Origin: Felis catus
Taxonomy: Eukaryota
Length of the DNA: 64,000 nt
Reading direction: 5' to 3'
Assembly: GCF_018350175.1 (NCBI RefSeq)
Contig: NC_058368.1
Location: 188,916,001 to 188,980,000, forward strand
Positions 62,496 through 64,000 of the stretch are shown here, piece by piece (within the stretch, counting starts at the first letter, position 1; every line of letters starts with the position of its first letter). The notes beneath the pieces are model-generated. The model worked only from the letters and a program-made list of their open reading frames with translations, made no database searches and was not told where the DNA came from. Both the position numbers and the translations under genes were made by a program.

Positions 62496-62727
62496 CATTT
62501 ATTTATTTATAAGTTTATTTTTGAGAGAGAGAGAGAGACAGACAGAGCACAACCAGGAGAGGGGCAGAGTGAGAGGGAGACAGAGAATTGGATTCAGGCT
62601 CCAAGCTCTGAGCTGTCAGTGACAGAGCCCGGCGTGGGGCTTGACGCGGAGCTCGAACTCACAAGCTGTGAGATTATGACCTGAGCTGAAGTCGGAGCCT
62701 TAACCAACTGAGCCACCCAGACACCCC
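62422..62727 (-). mobile_element. CAN-SINE with a (TTTC)n microsatellite grown from its tail
   Basis: 17-bp TSD TCCTCTYTCCTGTTTCT at 62405-62421 and 62728-62744. (TTTC)n at about 62435-62495. Confidence 0.92.
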
Positions 62728-63361
62728 TCCTCTCTCCTGTTTCTTACACTTCTGTGGAGGACAGGCCCCATCCACTTGCCCTGGGTGTGCGCTCCATCTC
62801 TCACCACAAGGGTGCTTCACCTGGCCGACCAGTACAGGACGCCTGGGCTCCAGTTCTCTGAGTCTGGAAAGAGACGATGTTCACACCAGCAGCTTGGAAG
62901 GAGCATGGTCACTGCTGCCTCATGTCTTTGGTGTGCCGGCAGCCTCTCCTGGGGCCTTGCAGAGACTGTGTGTATTTTTTCGTCAGAATGCCACACTTAA
63001 AAATTAGCTTTTCTGATTATAATATTAATGCACTCTTATTGTTGAGAGGTTAGAGAATTCAAAGAGGTACGCAGAGGAAAATAAAATTACCTATAACTTT
63101 GCAATCTAGTGGTAACTTCTCTGGACACTTTGATGATTTTCCTTTCAGTCTTTTTTCCACGCAAATGTATATCTACTTCTTATATGATTACATGTAATAC
63201 ATATTGCACAAAAACTGGTATTATTATACTTTTTATATTTAGTAATTTTTTCTCATAATAAAAGTAATACCTGTGAATGTACAAATTTATTTATTCCAAA
63301 ATTATTTACATGATTATTACCTGTGCAAGTGCATACACATACACAGATAAACACACAAAAT

Positions 63362-63362
<1 letters not shown>

Positions 63363-63403
<41 letters not shown>

Positions 63404-63420
63404 TGGTGGGGGGGGGGGGG
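63363..63420 (+). repeat. (AC)n microsatellite followed by a poly-G run
   Basis: Direct read. It sits within a degenerate L1ME-like stretch (about 63000-63530). Confidence 0.85.
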
Positions 63421-64000
63421 AGAGAGAAGATGAATCACATAGAATGTCATCAGTCCAGAAATAAACACTGTTAACATTTAGTGTTGTTCTTTTGTTGGCT
63501 ACTTTTTTAGTGTTACTTTCTTAACCTTTTTTTCTTTCCTTTCATCTTATTCCTTCTCACAGGAGTCACAGACCTTCAGACATCCTCTTCTATTTTGCCG
63601 CTTAGATGAAATCTGAGCAGTGGTCTCATGCAGGGACCTGAGTGCTGAGCCAGTTGGATAACTCATTTTAAGAGCAATTTAGTTAGGGAATGAGAGTTAA
63701 ATATTATCAGGTTAAGAACAGTGAATGCTTATGGATGGGGATTACTATGCCTAATGGAGTCAAGCCTCCTGTAGAATTCTGGCCTAATTTATGTTAAGTA
63801 TTTATTCCAGAAATATTTTGGAAATATCCTGTAGGTAAAGCATTAAGTTGGATACTTTAGAAGATACAAATATGAATTAGACCTTGTCACCGATCTCAGG
63901 AACTATATCTGATGAGAGAAATATGGGTAAGAAAATACTTATGGCACAGAGTAAAATCAGATATTAAGTGTTATAGTATAAGTGTCATACTGATATAGAT

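Noticed and set aside
62046..62684. Longest ORF in the track (212 aa)
   Set aside because: It runs through a (TTTC)n microsatellite and an antisense SINE (FFLS repeats, ERERE), with no protein-like features.

Overview
This is mammalian genomic DNA, not prokaryotic. The lineage-specific CAN-SINEs (SINEC_Fc-type) point to a felid, probably cat or a close relative. The whole 64 kb window lies inside the EBF1 gene (Early B-cell Factor 1 / Olf-1 / COE1) on the + strand. Three coding exons are visible: 4958-5039 (82 nt), 21665-21806 (142 nt) and 48293-48423 (131 nt). They correspond to human exons 7-9 and encode the end of the COE DNA-binding domain, the linker and the start of the IPT/TIG domain. 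All have canonical AG/GT sites and join in frame. Exon 8 has a second in-frame donor that removes GTPSYLEH, and exon 9 has a NAGNAG acceptor (+/- Ala), so four linker variants are possible. The rest is intron. It contains 14 CAN-SINEs (most with readable target-site duplications), older MIR, L2, L1M, MLT1 and hAT elements, microsatellites and several repeat-free, motif-dense blocks that look like developmental enhancers. Apart from the ORF overlapping exon 8, the supplied ORFs look spurious. I found no convincing novel gene system. The most unusual things directly visible are a CpG-rich intronic element with EBF/E-box/PU.1/YY1 motifs, structurally odd SINE insertions (a 3'-transduction-like copy, a head-only copy and nested copies), and inverted young SINEs flanking a frame-symmetric exon pair. 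Repeat family names and boundaries are by-eye assignments from remembered consensus sequences and need confirmation with RepeatMasker.
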